Source: Alphaproteobacteria bacterium (GTDB lineage: Bacteria; Pseudomonadota; Alphaproteobacteria; UBA828). From it: a stretch of 39,173 nucleotides of DNA. Location of the stretch: NCBI GenBank assembly GCA_965220745.1, contig CBDCQT010000004.1, forward strand, positions 1 through 39,173. The letters run 5' to 3'. Both the position numbers and the translations under genes were made by a program. The notes under the pieces are model-generated. The model was not told the DNA's origin. It searched no databases and was given only the letters and a program-made list of their open reading frames with translations. Each line of letters opens with the position of its first letter. Position 1 is the first letter of the stretch. This document shows positions 27,087 through 36,853 of this stretch, piece after piece.

Positions 27087-27329
27087 AGTTGCCTACGCTT
27101 CACGCTCGCTGATTCGGTCATGCAATGTCAAATCACCCACCGGCAATATCGGCGCAGCCCGCAAGCGGCGCGGCATCCACCCGAGTGAACTCGCGACGCA
27201 AACTTACCGTTTCGGGCCCTTCGCGGGAGGCGGCGCGAGCCTCTGTGCGAGCCAACTTGCCATCGCGCGGTTCGCTCATGATCTTGCCCGACGCTGGTCG
27301 GACTCGCTATGATCGGCCATTCGCCGACC

Positions 27330-28256
27330 ATGCCCGCCAATCCTGAAATCTCGGTGGTGATCCCCGTCCGCAACGAAGAGGAATCCGTCGAGGAACTGGC
27401 GCGGCAGCTGCAGGCCGCGCTGCCAGAAGACCACGAAATCTTGTTTGTCGACGACGGCAGCACCGACAACACCTGGCAACGCTTGACGGGGCTGCACTCC
27501 CCCGGACGCATTCGTCTGGTCAAGTTCCGCGCCCACGCCGGCAAGTCGGCCGCGCTGATGGCGGGCTTCGCGCGCTGCACGGCGCCGGTGGTCTTCACGA
27601 TGGACGGTGACCTGCAAGACGACCCGGCCGAAATCCCGGCCTTTCGCTCCAAGCTCGCCGAGGGCTATGACCTGGTCTCGGGCTGGAAGAAAGTACGCCA
27701 CGACCCACTTCACAAGGTCGCCGCATCGCGCCTCTTCAATTGCGTGATGCGCAGCGCCACGGGCCTTGGGCTGCATGACATGAACTGCGGATTCAAGTGC
27801 TACCGGGCGGAAGTGGTCAAGAGCCTGAGGATCTACGGGGACCAGCACCGTTTCATCCCCGTCTTTGCCGCGCACCAAGGCTACCGCGTCACCGAGATCG
27901 TGGTGCGGCACCGAGCGCGTCGCTACGGCCGCTCGAAGTACGGCCTCAGCCGCCTAGCCAAGGGCTTTGTCGATCTGGGCACGGTGCTGCTTAGAACTCG
28001 GTTTCACGACCGTCCGGCACACGCATTCGGATATCTGGCCCTGTGCTGCGGCTTGGGTGGAGCTGGGTTGCTCGGCCTGGCCTTGTCGCCGTGGCTTCAC
28101 CCCGCCGCGTCGTGGGCGGCCGCAGCCGTGGCCGTCGCCCTGGGAAGCGGCGCGCTGGCCCTTCTGGCCTTGGGCTGGCTTGCGGAGTGCATGCTCCACG
28201 GCGCGGCGGATCCGTCACCGCTGCTCGCGCCGGCGATCGAGGATATACGTGATTAA
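27330..28256 (+). CDS. Glycosyltransferase family 2 (ArnC/DPM synthase-like)
   Basis: SVVIP..NEE, VDDGSTD, GKSAAL.AG, MDGDLQDDP, D.NCGFK.YR, HRFIP, two C-terminal TMs. Confidence 0.9.
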   Translation: MPANPEISVVIPVRNEEESVEELARQLQAALPEDHEILFVDDGSTDNTWQRLTGLHSPGRIRLVKFRAHAGKSAALMAGFARCTAPVVFTMDGDLQDDPAEIPAFRSKLAEGYDLVSGWKKVRHDPLHKVAASRLFNCVMRSATGLGLHDMNCGFKCYRAEVVKSLRIYGDQHRFIPVFAAHQGYRVTEIVVRHRARRYGRSKYGLSRLAKGFVDLGTVLLRTRFHDRPAHAFGYLALCCGLGGAGLLGLALSPWLHPAASWAAAAVAVALGSGALALLALGWLAECMLHGAADPSPLLAPAIEDIRD

Positions 28257-29169
28257 GCGCGCGCTGCCCGTCGTCAAGGCCCTCGTGCCCCTAGTCCTGG
28301 CCTGGTTCATCGGCCGCATGATCTACGGCAATTGGCAGCAAGTGCGGTCGGAGCCATGGCGGCTCGACCTGCCATGGCTCGCGGTGTCGTTCGCTCTTGG
28401 AGCCGCGTGGCATCTGGTCCGACCGTTTGGCTGGACGCGCCTGCTAGGGGGCTTCGACCACGTCGTGCCGTACTGGGAGATCTACCGCATCTACCGCAAG
28501 TCCGAGCTAAGCCGCTATGTTCCTGGCGGCATCTGGCAATTCGCCGCCCGCATCTACCTCACGCGCCGCCACGGCGTGAGCGCGGCGGCCTGCCTAGCTG
28601 CGACGATCCTCGACATGACCCTGGCCGCGCTCGCTGCGATGGTCGTGGCCGCTTGGCTTGGCGGTGTCGCAGCCTCTTCGCTAGCCCAGTGGCAGCGCTA
28701 CACCCTGTTTGCGTTCCCCCTGTTCGCCTGCGCGGTCGTCTACCCCCCGGTATTCAACGCCTGGGCGGTGCGCTTGGCTCGCTTGCTCAAGCAGCCGTTC
28801 CGGCCGCTTGAGATCCGCACGGCCCGCATGCTGGGCATCTGGGCCCTGTACGTCGTGATGTGGGCGCTGCTGGCGTTTGCCATGGCCAGCTTCGCGCGCG
28901 CCCTGCTGCCCGGCCTAGACACCGAGCGCTTCGCCCATATCGCGGGTTCTTACGCCCTAGCGTGGCTAACGGCGCTGCTCACCATGGTGGCACCTGCGGG
29001 AATGGGCGTCCGCGAAGGCATACTCGGGCTGCTGCTGTCCCAAGCGATCGCCGCGGGCACGGCGATGACTCTGGCCGTCGCGATGCGCTTGTGGGTCGTG
29101 ACCATGGAATTGGCCTGGCTGGCGATCGGGCTGCTGATGCCCCGAACCGCCCAGCCCGATCGAGCCTAG
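28249..29169 (+). CDS. Lysylphosphatidylglycerol synthase TM-domain / flippase-like membrane protein
   Basis: S.L.RYVPGG.W, P.G.GVREG, A...RLW; GTG start overlapping the GT2 end. Confidence 0.75.
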   Translation: MIKRALPVVKALVPLVLAWFIGRMIYGNWQQVRSEPWRLDLPWLAVSFALGAAWHLVRPFGWTRLLGGFDHVVPYWEIYRIYRKSELSRYVPGGIWQFAARIYLTRRHGVSAAACLAATILDMTLAALAAMVVAAWLGGVAASSLAQWQRYTLFAFPLFACAVVYPPVFNAWAVRLARLLKQPFRPLEIRTARMLGIWALYVVMWALLAFAMASFARALLPGLDTERFAHIAGSYALAWLTALLTMVAPAGMGVREGILGLLLSQAIAAGTAMTLAVAMRLWVVTMELAWLAIGLLMPRTAQPDRA

Positions 29170-29819
29170 AGCTCGCGGACCGCGATGTTGCGGAAGCGGT
29201 GCTCCAAGCCCGGGCTGCAGCGATCGCCGCCGTGAACCTGCACGGCGATAGCTCCCTCGGTGGCACCCCGCGGAAGGTGGTTCTCGGTGTCCTTGAAGTC
29301 CGTGATCTTCGAGCCGTTGAGCCACACTTCGATGCGGGGCGCCTCGCCTTGGATGCGGGCGCGCAGCGAATTCCAATCATCCTTCTTCCACACCCTCTCC
29401 CAGCCATCCGACCGGTGCTCGCCGGGGCTTTGCAATTGCTCCCCGAAGACGCCCCCTAGGTTCCCGCCGGCGAGGTAGTCGAGCATGACTTGGTAGGCCT
29501 GCCCGCTGCCACTAGAACGCAGGAAGACGCCGCCATCGCAGCCGAAGTCGGGCTTGATCTCCAGGTAGACCTCGAAGTCGCCGAACGTCTCGTCCGTCAG
29601 CAAGATGCCGCCGTTTCCTACCCGGTCCTGCTTGCCGACCAATGCGCCTTCAAACACGCGCCACTCCTTGGTGTCACCATGATGGTTGGTCAGGCTCATG
29701 TGCCAGCCGGCAAGGTTCTGGCCGTTGAAAATCGGCCGGAATCCTTCGGGCACCTCGGCGCCGAGCGATAGCGGCAGCAAGGCCAGGAGCAAGCGTCCGC
29801 GAAACATCCATCCAGTCAT
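29166..29819 (-). CDS. DUF1080 (3-keto-disaccharide hydrolase) family protein
   Basis: IFNG.NL.GW, L.T...FGDF, DGGVFLR, YQV..D, WN, V.LNG, G.IA.QVH, FRNI. Confidence 0.85.
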   Translation of the reverse strand: MTGWMFRGRLLLALLPLSLGAEVPEGFRPIFNGQNLAGWHMSLTNHHGDTKEWRVFEGALVGKQDRVGNGGILLTDETFGDFEVYLEIKPDFGCDGGVFLRSSGSGQAYQVMLDYLAGGNLGGVFGEQLQSPGEHRSDGWERVWKKDDWNSLRARIQGEAPRIEVWLNGSKITDFKDTENHLPRGATEGAIAVQVHGGDRCSPGLEHRFRNIAVREL

Positions 29820-29951
29820 ATTCCCGGCCAGCGTAGCATTTTCCCGGGAGGCTTCCCGGACCCGCTCGCCCGTCGCCGAGACGGATGGCAGCAAGCACAG
29901 CCCCTATACTTGATTAACTCGGCCGAGTGCCGAAAGAGGGGATCGCGAGCA

Positions 29952-30284
29952 ATGGACGGATACTATGATCCAGAAGACCTGCCCCGCTTTGCCGAGATGG
30001 GCAATGACGCGCCGGAACTGTGGGACAAGTTCAACTCTTGGTACGGAGCTGTCTTCCAGCCGGGCGCGCTGAGCGAGCGCGAGAAGAACCTGATCGCCTT
30101 GGCGGTGGCCCACGCCGTGCAGTGCCCCTACTGCATCGACGCGTACACGCAGGGCTGCCTTGCACAGGGCTCCAATCTGGAACAGATGACCGAGGCCGTT
30201 CATGTGGCTTCGGCGATCAAGGGAGGATCCGCGCTAGTGCACGGCTTGCAAATGCGCAACGTCGCCTCCAAGATCAGCATGTAG
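29952..30284 (+). CDS. Carboxymuconolactone decarboxylase/AhpD-like protein of the type found with ArsS-like radical SAM genes
   Basis: YY.PEDL..F, GALS.REK.LIALAVAHAVQCPYCIDAY, EAVHVA.AI.GG..LVHG.QM. Confidence 0.85.
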   Translation: MDGYYDPEDLPRFAEMGNDAPELWDKFNSWYGAVFQPGALSEREKNLIALAVAHAVQCPYCIDAYTQGCLAQGSNLEQMTEAVHVASAIKGGSALVHGLQMRNVASKISM

Positions 30285-30290
30285 CGATCA

Positions 30291-31337
30291 ATGGGAAATT
30301 CCCTTCCAGCAGAGCGTCGTCCCCCTCCAGACGCCGACCAGCAATTCCGCATCCTCCAACTGGACGGCGAAGCTGCATTCCAGCCCTTCGACTCGCGCCT
30401 GGCCCAAGCGGGCGTCGGACCGCTGGTTGCCGGCGGCATAGACGTCGTCCAGATCAATGTCGGCAAGTTTTGCAACCAAACCTGCAAGCACTGCCATGTC
30501 GACGCGGGCCCGGATCGCACGCAGGAAAACATGTCGCGGGAGACGTTCGAGCTGTGCCTCGACGCGATCAAGCGAATCGGCCGGCCCGATGTGGATCTAA
30601 CGGGGGGAGCGCCCGAACTAAACCCGAGCTTCCGCTGGTTCGTCGAGCAAGTTCGCGGGCTGGGCTGCAAGGTGATCGACCGCTGCAATCTGACCGTGCT
30701 GGTCATGCGTTCACAGGCCGGGCTGGCCCCCTTCCTAGCCCTGCACCGCGTCCAGATCGTTGCCAGCCTGCCATACTTTCTCGGCAGCCGGACCGACGCC
30801 CAGCGCGGCGACGGCGTGTTCGACAAGTCCATCCTGGGCCTTCGCAAGCTCAACGAGCTGGGCTACGGCAGGCCTGGCAGCGGATTGGAGCTGAACCTGG
30901 TCTACAACCCTACCGGGGCCTTCTTGCCGCCGGACCAAGACGCCATCGAGGCCGATTTCCGACGGGAACTCAGCAGCCGCTATCACATTGAGTTCAATTC
31001 GCTGTACACGATCACGAACATGCCCATTGGCCGCTATCGCGACTATCTGGTCCGCAGCGGCAACCACAGGCGCTACATGGAGCAGCTGGTCGACGCGTTC
31101 AATCCGGCCGCCGCGTCGGGGGTGATGTGTCGATCGATGATCTCGGTGGGCTGGGACGGGCGTCTCTACGACTGCGATTTCAATCAGATGCTGGAACTGG
31201 AGCTGGGTTTCGGAGCTCCGCGGCATATTCGCGATTTCGACCCGGAGCGGATCGCGGCCCGGCGAATCGTCAGCGGGCAGCACTGCTACGGCTGCACGGC
31301 CGGCTCGGGCTCAAGCTGCGGAGGCCGGATCTCCTGA
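30291..31337 (+). CDS. arsS: Arsenosugar-biosynthesis-type radical SAM protein (radical SAM/Cys-rich, DUF3641 C-terminus)
   Basis: Q.NVGK.CNQTCKHCHVDAGP, D.TGGAPE, DRCNLT, L.LVYNP.G..LPP, NMPI.R, YDCDFNQML, HCYGCTAG.GSSCGG. Confidence 0.82.
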   Translation: MGNSLPAERRPPPDADQQFRILQLDGEAAFQPFDSRLAQAGVGPLVAGGIDVVQINVGKFCNQTCKHCHVDAGPDRTQENMSRETFELCLDAIKRIGRPDVDLTGGAPELNPSFRWFVEQVRGLGCKVIDRCNLTVLVMRSQAGLAPFLALHRVQIVASLPYFLGSRTDAQRGDGVFDKSILGLRKLNELGYGRPGSGLELNLVYNPTGAFLPPDQDAIEADFRRELSSRYHIEFNSLYTITNMPIGRYRDYLVRSGNHRRYMEQLVDAFNPAAASGVMCRSMISVGWDGRLYDCDFNQMLELELGFGAPRHIRDFDPERIAARRIVSGQHCYGCTAGSGSSCGGRIS

Positions 31338-31433
31338 GCAGGCCGGAGCAGCTCGAGCCTCCGGCACCGGCAGGCCCTGATGTACACTGGGGTGTCTGGT
31401 GCCGGTCGCCGGTCGCACCGAAGGAACACTGAC

Positions 31434-32138
31434 ATGCTCATCAAGCTAGCCCTTATCCTGCTCGTGGCCGCAGTGACGTTGCTGTTGGCCGGCTGTGGCG
31501 GCGGCGACGCACCGCCCGAATCGCCGCCACCGGAGGAGCCGGCCGAGGCCCAAGAGGCCCCGTCGGCACCGGAGCCCGAACCAGAGCCTGAGCCGGAAGC
31601 GAAGGCCGAGCCCGAGCCGGCGCCGCCGGAAGAGCCCGCCGGGCCCCCGCGCGTTCGCATGGAAACCGACAAGGGCACGCTGGTCTTGGAGCTCTATCCC
31701 GATCGCGCGCCGGAAACAGTCGCCAACTTCCTGCAGTACGTCGACGACGGGTTCTATGACGGCACCATCTTTCACCGCGTGATTCCCAACTTCATGATCC
31801 AAGGCGGGGGGTTCGTTCCGGAAATGCAAGAAAAGTCGACCCGGCCGCCGGTCAAGAACGAATCCGGCTCGATGGCGAATACGAAGTACACGATCGCGAT
31901 GGCGAGAACAGCCAATCCGCACAGCGCATCGGCGCAGTTCTTCATCAACCACCAGACCAATCAATTCCTCGACAAGGAGCACGCGCGCGATGGCTGGGGC
32001 TATTGCGTGTTCGGTAAGGTGGTCGACGGCACGGATGTGATAGAAGCCATCGCGGAGGTGGCGACCGGAAGCAAGATGGGACACCAAGACGTCCCGCTGA
32101 CGCCGGTGGTCATCAAGTCCGCGCGGCGCGCTGGCTAG
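31434..32138 (+). CDS. Cyclophilin-type peptidyl-prolyl isomerase, lipoprotein with Pro/Glu linker
   Basis: Lipobox LAGC, PE repeats, AP.TV.NF..YV..GFYDGTIFHRVI..FMIQGGG, AMART..P.SA..QFFIN, GY.VFGKV. Confidence 0.93.
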   Translation: MLIKLALILLVAAVTLLLAGCGGGDAPPESPPPEEPAEAQEAPSAPEPEPEPEPEAKAEPEPAPPEEPAGPPRVRMETDKGTLVLELYPDRAPETVANFLQYVDDGFYDGTIFHRVIPNFMIQGGGFVPEMQEKSTRPPVKNESGSMANTKYTIAMARTANPHSASAQFFINHQTNQFLDKEHARDGWGYCVFGKVVDGTDVIEAIAEVATGSKMGHQDVPLTPVVIKSARRAG

Positions 32139-32327
32139 GCGCCCAAGCTTCGAGCCTACAGCCGTTCCGGCCCGTGCAGCTGCGGGCTGGCGGAATGCCC
32201 TCGCTTGGCCCCGTCCGCCGAGGCCACGATTCGCCCGCGCGGCCGATCCATCAGGGCCGCGCCCCGGCCCTGCGGCCGCCGGCTGCAACGCTTGTCTGCC
32301 GCGCCTGTCAGAGTCGCCTTTGAGCGG

Positions 32328-33590
32328 TCAATCGCGCCGCCTGCGAGGCAGCAGCCCGATCGCCACGGCCCCCAGCGCCGCCAGTCCGAACACAGCCCAC
32401 AGCGCCTGCGAGTAGCCCGCCAAGCGGCCCGCTAGCACGGCGATGAAGCGCGGCGTCCAGAACTGCAAGATCGTGTCGCTCGGCAAGATCGCGGACATGG
32501 CCTTGCCCAGCGAGCGCAGGCCGAACTGGTCCGCAGCCATCAGCGGGATCAGCATGTAGTCGGCACCCATCGCGAGGCCGAATACGATCGCGAACAGGAA
32601 AACCATGTTGGGCTGCTCCGGCGTCACCAGAAACAGCAACGGAATCGCGAGCGCCACGATGATATACGTGGCAAGCATGACGTATTTTCGCGGCAGCTTG
32701 TCGGCAAGCCAGCCAGCCAGCAGCCGGCCCGAGATGCTGGACAACAGATAGGTGAACGAAGCCCTTGCCCATACGTTGTCCCGCATGACCTGGTCGGTGA
32801 ACCCCTGTTCTTCATATACGAACTTCATCAGAAAGTTGACCGCGGCGATCGACCCGATCGACGCGGCGCTGCCTACCAATAGCAACCAGAACGCGGGGCT
32901 GCTGGAAAGCTGCCCGAAGGTCTTCGCGGACTCTGCCTGGGCCGGCTCCTTGACAGCCTCCGCTACCTCGACGTCGCCCGCGCTTTCTGCGCCATCGGGC
33001 AACTGGCCCATGTCTTCGGGCTTGTCCCGGATCACGAAGAACGCCAGCGGCCAGGCGATCATCATCAGGAAACTCAAGGCCCGGAGGGCATCGGTGTAGT
33101 GGTCCAGGGTTCTGGCAAGGTAAGGCGTGAGCAGGTTACATAGCGCACCGATCACGGCCACGCCCACGTACGCGATCCCCATGGCCGTACCTCGACGGCG
33201 CTTGTACCAGTTCGAAATGATGATCTGGTGCGGGATCGGGCCTGACAAGAAGTACCCCGCCATGTAAACGCACCACGCGCCGTAGTACTCGTACTGGTTG
33301 CCGCTCAGCCGGCCGAACCACTGGAACGAGAGGAAGGTCAGGAAGGTGCCGACCAGGATCAGCTTGCGCGGCGAGGTCTTGGGCACGATCACGGGCCCGA
33401 TCCAGATCGTCAGCAGCACGGCGATCGGGGCGCCCAGCGTCACCAGCTCCACCGGCCATGAGTGGCCGTCGCGGAAGTAGTCAAAGAAGAAGGCAATGTT
33501 GTAGTAGGGAAATCCCGTGGACAGGCCGAACGTAACGAAGCAGCTGGCAATGATCCACGGGCCGAAGAATTTCTTGCTGGAAGATTCCAT
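32328..33590 (-). CDS. MFS transporter
   Basis: About 12 hydrophobic segments, W...RRG.A.G, GRL..GWLAD; GGAG upstream of the chosen start. Confidence 0.85.
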   Translation of the reverse strand: MESSSKKFFGPWIIASCFVTFGLSTGFPYYNIAFFFDYFRDGHSWPVELVTLGAPIAVLLTIWIGPVIVPKTSPRKLILVGTFLTFLSFQWFGRLSGNQYEYYGAWCVYMAGYFLSGPIPHQIIISNWYKRRRGTAMGIAYVGVAVIGALCNLLTPYLARTLDHYTDALRALSFLMMIAWPLAFFVIRDKPEDMGQLPDGAESAGDVEVAEAVKEPAQAESAKTFGQLSSSPAFWLLLVGSAASIGSIAAVNFLMKFVYEEQGFTDQVMRDNVWARASFTYLLSSISGRLLAGWLADKLPRKYVMLATYIIVALAIPLLFLVTPEQPNMVFLFAIVFGLAMGADYMLIPLMAADQFGLRSLGKAMSAILPSDTILQFWTPRFIAVLAGRLAGYSQALWAVFGLAALGAVAIGLLPRRRRD

Positions 33591-33737
33591 GAAGTTCTCG
33601 CCTCCGGGGCGAACTAGCCAGTGTATCCGATACGGCGGGGCCGGGATAGCGATTCGCTCCTTGCGCAAGGGTTATCCTGAAATTGTGGTCGCTGCCTGCC
33701 TTTGCGCCGGAGGTCATGCGCCGCTGCAAGATCGACC

Positions 33738-34787
33738 GTGCAAGAACGCGGCCCCAGTATTTCGAACGCGCTGCTAGCCATGGCGGCATTCGCCGTCGTG
33801 GCTGCGGGCATCAAGCTCGCAGCGGTGATCGTGGTCCCGTTCTTGCTCTCGGTCTTTCTCGCCATATTGGCCGGGCCGCCAGTGTTCTGGCTGCGTCGCA
33901 AGCGCGTGCCCCGCTGGCTCGCGATCCTGACGGTGATTTTCGGCATCGGCGGCTTCGTGGGTTTGGTCGGCGTGCTCGCGGCAGCCTCTCTCAGCGATTT
34001 CGCGAACAGCCTGCCGGGCTACCAAGCGCGCCTGCTGAGCCAATGGGAACAGGCGCTGGTGAGCTTGGAAGACTTGCTTGCGAGGCTTGGCATCCAGCAG
34101 ATTTCCGACAGTGTTTGGGATCAATCGGATCTGAGCCGGATTTTCGGCACGACGGCTCAGTTCGCCGGAGCGACTCTGTTGCAGTTCGGGAATATCGTCA
34201 CCAAGTCGTTGATGGTCGTGCTGACCGTGACCTTCATGTTGTTGGAGGCATTCCGGCTCCCCAAGAAGCTCCAGCCGCTGCTGGACGAATCCGACCGGAA
34301 GTGGGAACACTTCGAAGGGTTTGCGAGATCGGTGCAGAAGTACATTGCCATCAAGACACTGACCAGCCTGGCGACCGGGATCGCGATCACGCTGTGGGTC
34401 TGGGTGCTGGGCGTAGACTACGCGATCTTCTGGGGCCTGCTCGGTTTCTTGCTCAATTTCATCCCCAACATTGGCTCCTTCATCGCCGCGATTCCGGCCG
34501 TATTGATGGCGGCAGTGCAGTATGGGGGAGGCACTGCACTTGTCGTTGCCCTGGGCTATGTCGGGATCAACGTCGTCATAGGCGGCCTGATCGAGCCGCA
34601 GTTCATGGGGGACGGTGTCGGCCTGTCGCCGCTGGTAGTGTTCATGTCATTGGTGTTCTGGGGCTTCCTGCTCGGCCCGATCGGCATGCTGCTCTCCACG
34701 CCCTTGACGATCAGCGTGAAGCTCGCGCTGGAGGGCTACCCGGACGCTCGCTGGATCGCCACCCTGATCGATTCGGGCAAGACCTGA
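33738..34787 (+). CDS. AI-2E family transporter
   Basis: P.LLS.FLAI...P, Y..IKT..SL.TG, LNFIPNIGS, IEP..MG...GLSPLVV..SL.FWG.LLG..G.LL..PLT; start uncertain. Confidence 0.88.
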   Translation: MQERGPSISNALLAMAAFAVVAAGIKLAAVIVVPFLLSVFLAILAGPPVFWLRRKRVPRWLAILTVIFGIGGFVGLVGVLAAASLSDFANSLPGYQARLLSQWEQALVSLEDLLARLGIQQISDSVWDQSDLSRIFGTTAQFAGATLLQFGNIVTKSLMVVLTVTFMLLEAFRLPKKLQPLLDESDRKWEHFEGFARSVQKYIAIKTLTSLATGIAITLWVWVLGVDYAIFWGLLGFLLNFIPNIGSFIAAIPAVLMAAVQYGGGTALVVALGYVGINVVIGGLIEPQFMGDGVGLSPLVVFMSLVFWGFLLGPIGMLLSTPLTISVKLALEGYPDARWIATLIDSGKT

Positions 34788-34829
34788 TCGCGGCCGCTGT
34801 CGGGTACAATTGTTGCGGGCTTCCCGCCG

Positions 34830-36812
34830 ATGAGACTTGTATCCGCGATCTTGCTGCTAGCGGTTCCGTTGACGCTGGCGGCAGCCGAGTATAGCGACAG
34901 CGAGCGCAGCTTTTGGTCGTTCCAGCCGCGCCAAGCTACCGCCGCGCCGGCCGTGGACTCCGACTGGGCTTCAAGCCCTGTCGACGCCTTCGTCTGGAGC
35001 CGGCTTGCGGCTGCGGGGCTGCGGCCAGCGCCGCAGGCCCGGCCCGCCGAGCTCGCTCGTCGAGCGTACTTTGACACCACCGGCTTGCCGCCAACTCCCG
35101 CGGAGCTGGAGGCATTCGTAAGCGACCGGTCGCCCGGCGCTTGGGAGCGGCTGGTGGACCGGCTGATGTCCAGCCCGCGCTGGGGCGAGCGCGCCGCCCA
35201 GCGCTGGCTGGACGTGGTGCGATTCGCGGAGACCGAAGGGTTCGAATACGACCGCTACCTGCCCGGACTGTGGCGCTACCGCGACTACGTGATCGAGTCG
35301 TTCAACCGGGACAAGCCGCTGGACCGCTTCATCGCGGAACAGCTCGCCGGCGATGAGATGGCCGCGGAGGCGCCGCAGTCGGACGCGGACCGGGAGCTGC
35401 TGGCCGCGGCAGGATTCCACCGCCTCGGGCCAGTCCGCCGCAATGCCGGCAACCAAGAGGTGGCCTCGAGCCGCAACGAAGTCCTTACCGAGCGGACCGA
35501 TATCGTCGGGACGGCGCTGCTCGGCATGACCGTCGGCTGCGCGCGCTGTCACGACCACATGTTCGACCCCATCCGCCAGGTCGACTACTACCGGTTGCAA
35601 GCGTACTTCGGCGCGTCGCGCGAAGCGAATCTGGTGTTCGATTCGGACTCCACCATAGAAGACTGGCAGAAGGCGACCAAGGAAATCGCCACGAAGATGA
35701 AGTCCTTGCGCGGGGAGATCAAGCTGGCCGAGGGCGAGGAGCGGCTGCGCCTGCAAGCCGAGCATGACGCCCTCGAGTCGCAACTGCCGGCACCGCCGCC
35801 GACGCTGGCCACGGTGCAGAACGATCCCGAGAACCCCAATCAGGTTCACCTGCTCGCCCGGGGCGACCATACCAAGCCTCTCCAGCCGGTCGATCCCCGC
35901 CCCCTGGGAGTGCTGCTTCCCGAGGACGCCCCGACGCTCCCGCCGGATGCAGAGGACCCGCGCTCGCGACTGGCCGGGTGGATCACGTCTCCCGAGCACC
36001 CCCTGACGGCGCGCGTGGCGGTCAACCGGATCTGGCAAGGCTACTTCGGCCAGGGCATCGTCGACACCCCGAACGATTTCGGCGCCATGGGCGGACGCCC
36101 GAGCCATCCGGCTTTGCTCGACTTCCTCGCCAACGAACTCGTCGAGTCCGGTTGGAGCGCGAAGCACGTGCATCGGCTGATTCTGACCAGCAGCGCGTAT
36201 CGGCAGGCATCTCACAACCCGGCGCAGGAACAGCGCGGAATGCAGCAGGACGCGTCCAATCGACTCCTGTGGCGCGGTCCGCGCCGTCGCCTCGGTGCCG
36301 AGGAAGTGCGCGACGCAATGCTTGCGGCCGCTGGCGAACTTAATCTCGCGTACGGCGGCAAGAGCGTCATGCTGCCCGTCGAAGACGCCTTGGTGGACCT
36401 GTTGTACGACCCGACCCAGTGGCGCGTGCCCGCGGACCAGGCCCAGCACCGCCGCCGATCGATCTACCTGCTCGCGAAACGCAACCTGCGCCTGCCGTTC
36501 ATGGAAGTGTTCGACCAGCCGGCACTGCTCACAAGCTGCGCCCGCCGGGAGTCGAGCACCCACGCGCCGCAATCTCTGGAACTGCTCAACGGCCCGATCT
36601 CGAACGAGCTTGCCGCGCGGTTTGCCGCCCGGCTCGACCGGGAAGCCGGTCGCGACCTGGACAGTATCGTTGGCCAAGCTTACCTGCTTGCCGCCGGCAG
36701 GCCTCCGACCGAAGATGAGGCTCTGATCGCGCGCAACTTCCTGGCCGACAATTCGCTGCGCGAATTCGCCCTGGCCATGTTCAACCTCAATTCGTTCCTG
36801 TACCTGAACTGA
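34830..36812 (+). CDS. DUF1549/DUF1553 (PSCyt2/PSD1) domain protein
   Basis: WSFQP, P.DAF, RR...D.TGLPPT, GE..A..WLD..RFAET, QLAGD, CARCHDH.FDP, HPLTARV.VNRIW..FG.G.V.TP.DFG, PSHP.LLD.LA. Confidence 0.9.
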   Translation: MRLVSAILLLAVPLTLAAAEYSDSERSFWSFQPRQATAAPAVDSDWASSPVDAFVWSRLAAAGLRPAPQARPAELARRAYFDTTGLPPTPAELEAFVSDRSPGAWERLVDRLMSSPRWGERAAQRWLDVVRFAETEGFEYDRYLPGLWRYRDYVIESFNRDKPLDRFIAEQLAGDEMAAEAPQSDADRELLAAAGFHRLGPVRRNAGNQEVASSRNEVLTERTDIVGTALLGMTVGCARCHDHMFDPIRQVDYYRLQAYFGASREANLVFDSDSTIEDWQKATKEIATKMKSLRGEIKLAEGEERLRLQAEHDALESQLPAPPPTLATVQNDPENPNQVHLLARGDHTKPLQPVDPRPLGVLLPEDAPTLPPDAEDPRSRLAGWITSPEHPLTARVAVNRIWQGYFGQGIVDTPNDFGAMGGRPSHPALLDFLANELVESGWSAKHVHRLILTSSAYRQASHNPAQEQRGMQQDASNRLLWRGPRRRLGAEEVRDAMLAAAGELNLAYGGKSVMLPVEDALVDLLYDPTQWRVPADQAQHRRRSIYLLAKRNLRLPFMEVFDQPALLTSCARRESSTHAPQSLELLNGPISNELAARFAARLDREAGRDLDSIVGQAYLLAAGRPPTEDEALIARNFLADNSLREFALAMFNLNSFLYLN

Positions 36813-36853
36813 TCCGGGCGCACGGTATATCCAGTTCCAGGCCGCATCTGCCC

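Noticed and set aside
31310-31380. Selenocysteine readthrough at the arsS TGA
   Set aside because: The Cys/Sec position in SSCGG is encoded by TGC, and the TGA falls at the normal end of the family.
31510-31650. Pro-Glu repeat in the cyclophilin as a variable tandem repeat locus
   Set aside because: Codons are degenerate (CCG/CCC/CCA/CCT); this is an ordinary disordered lipoprotein linker.
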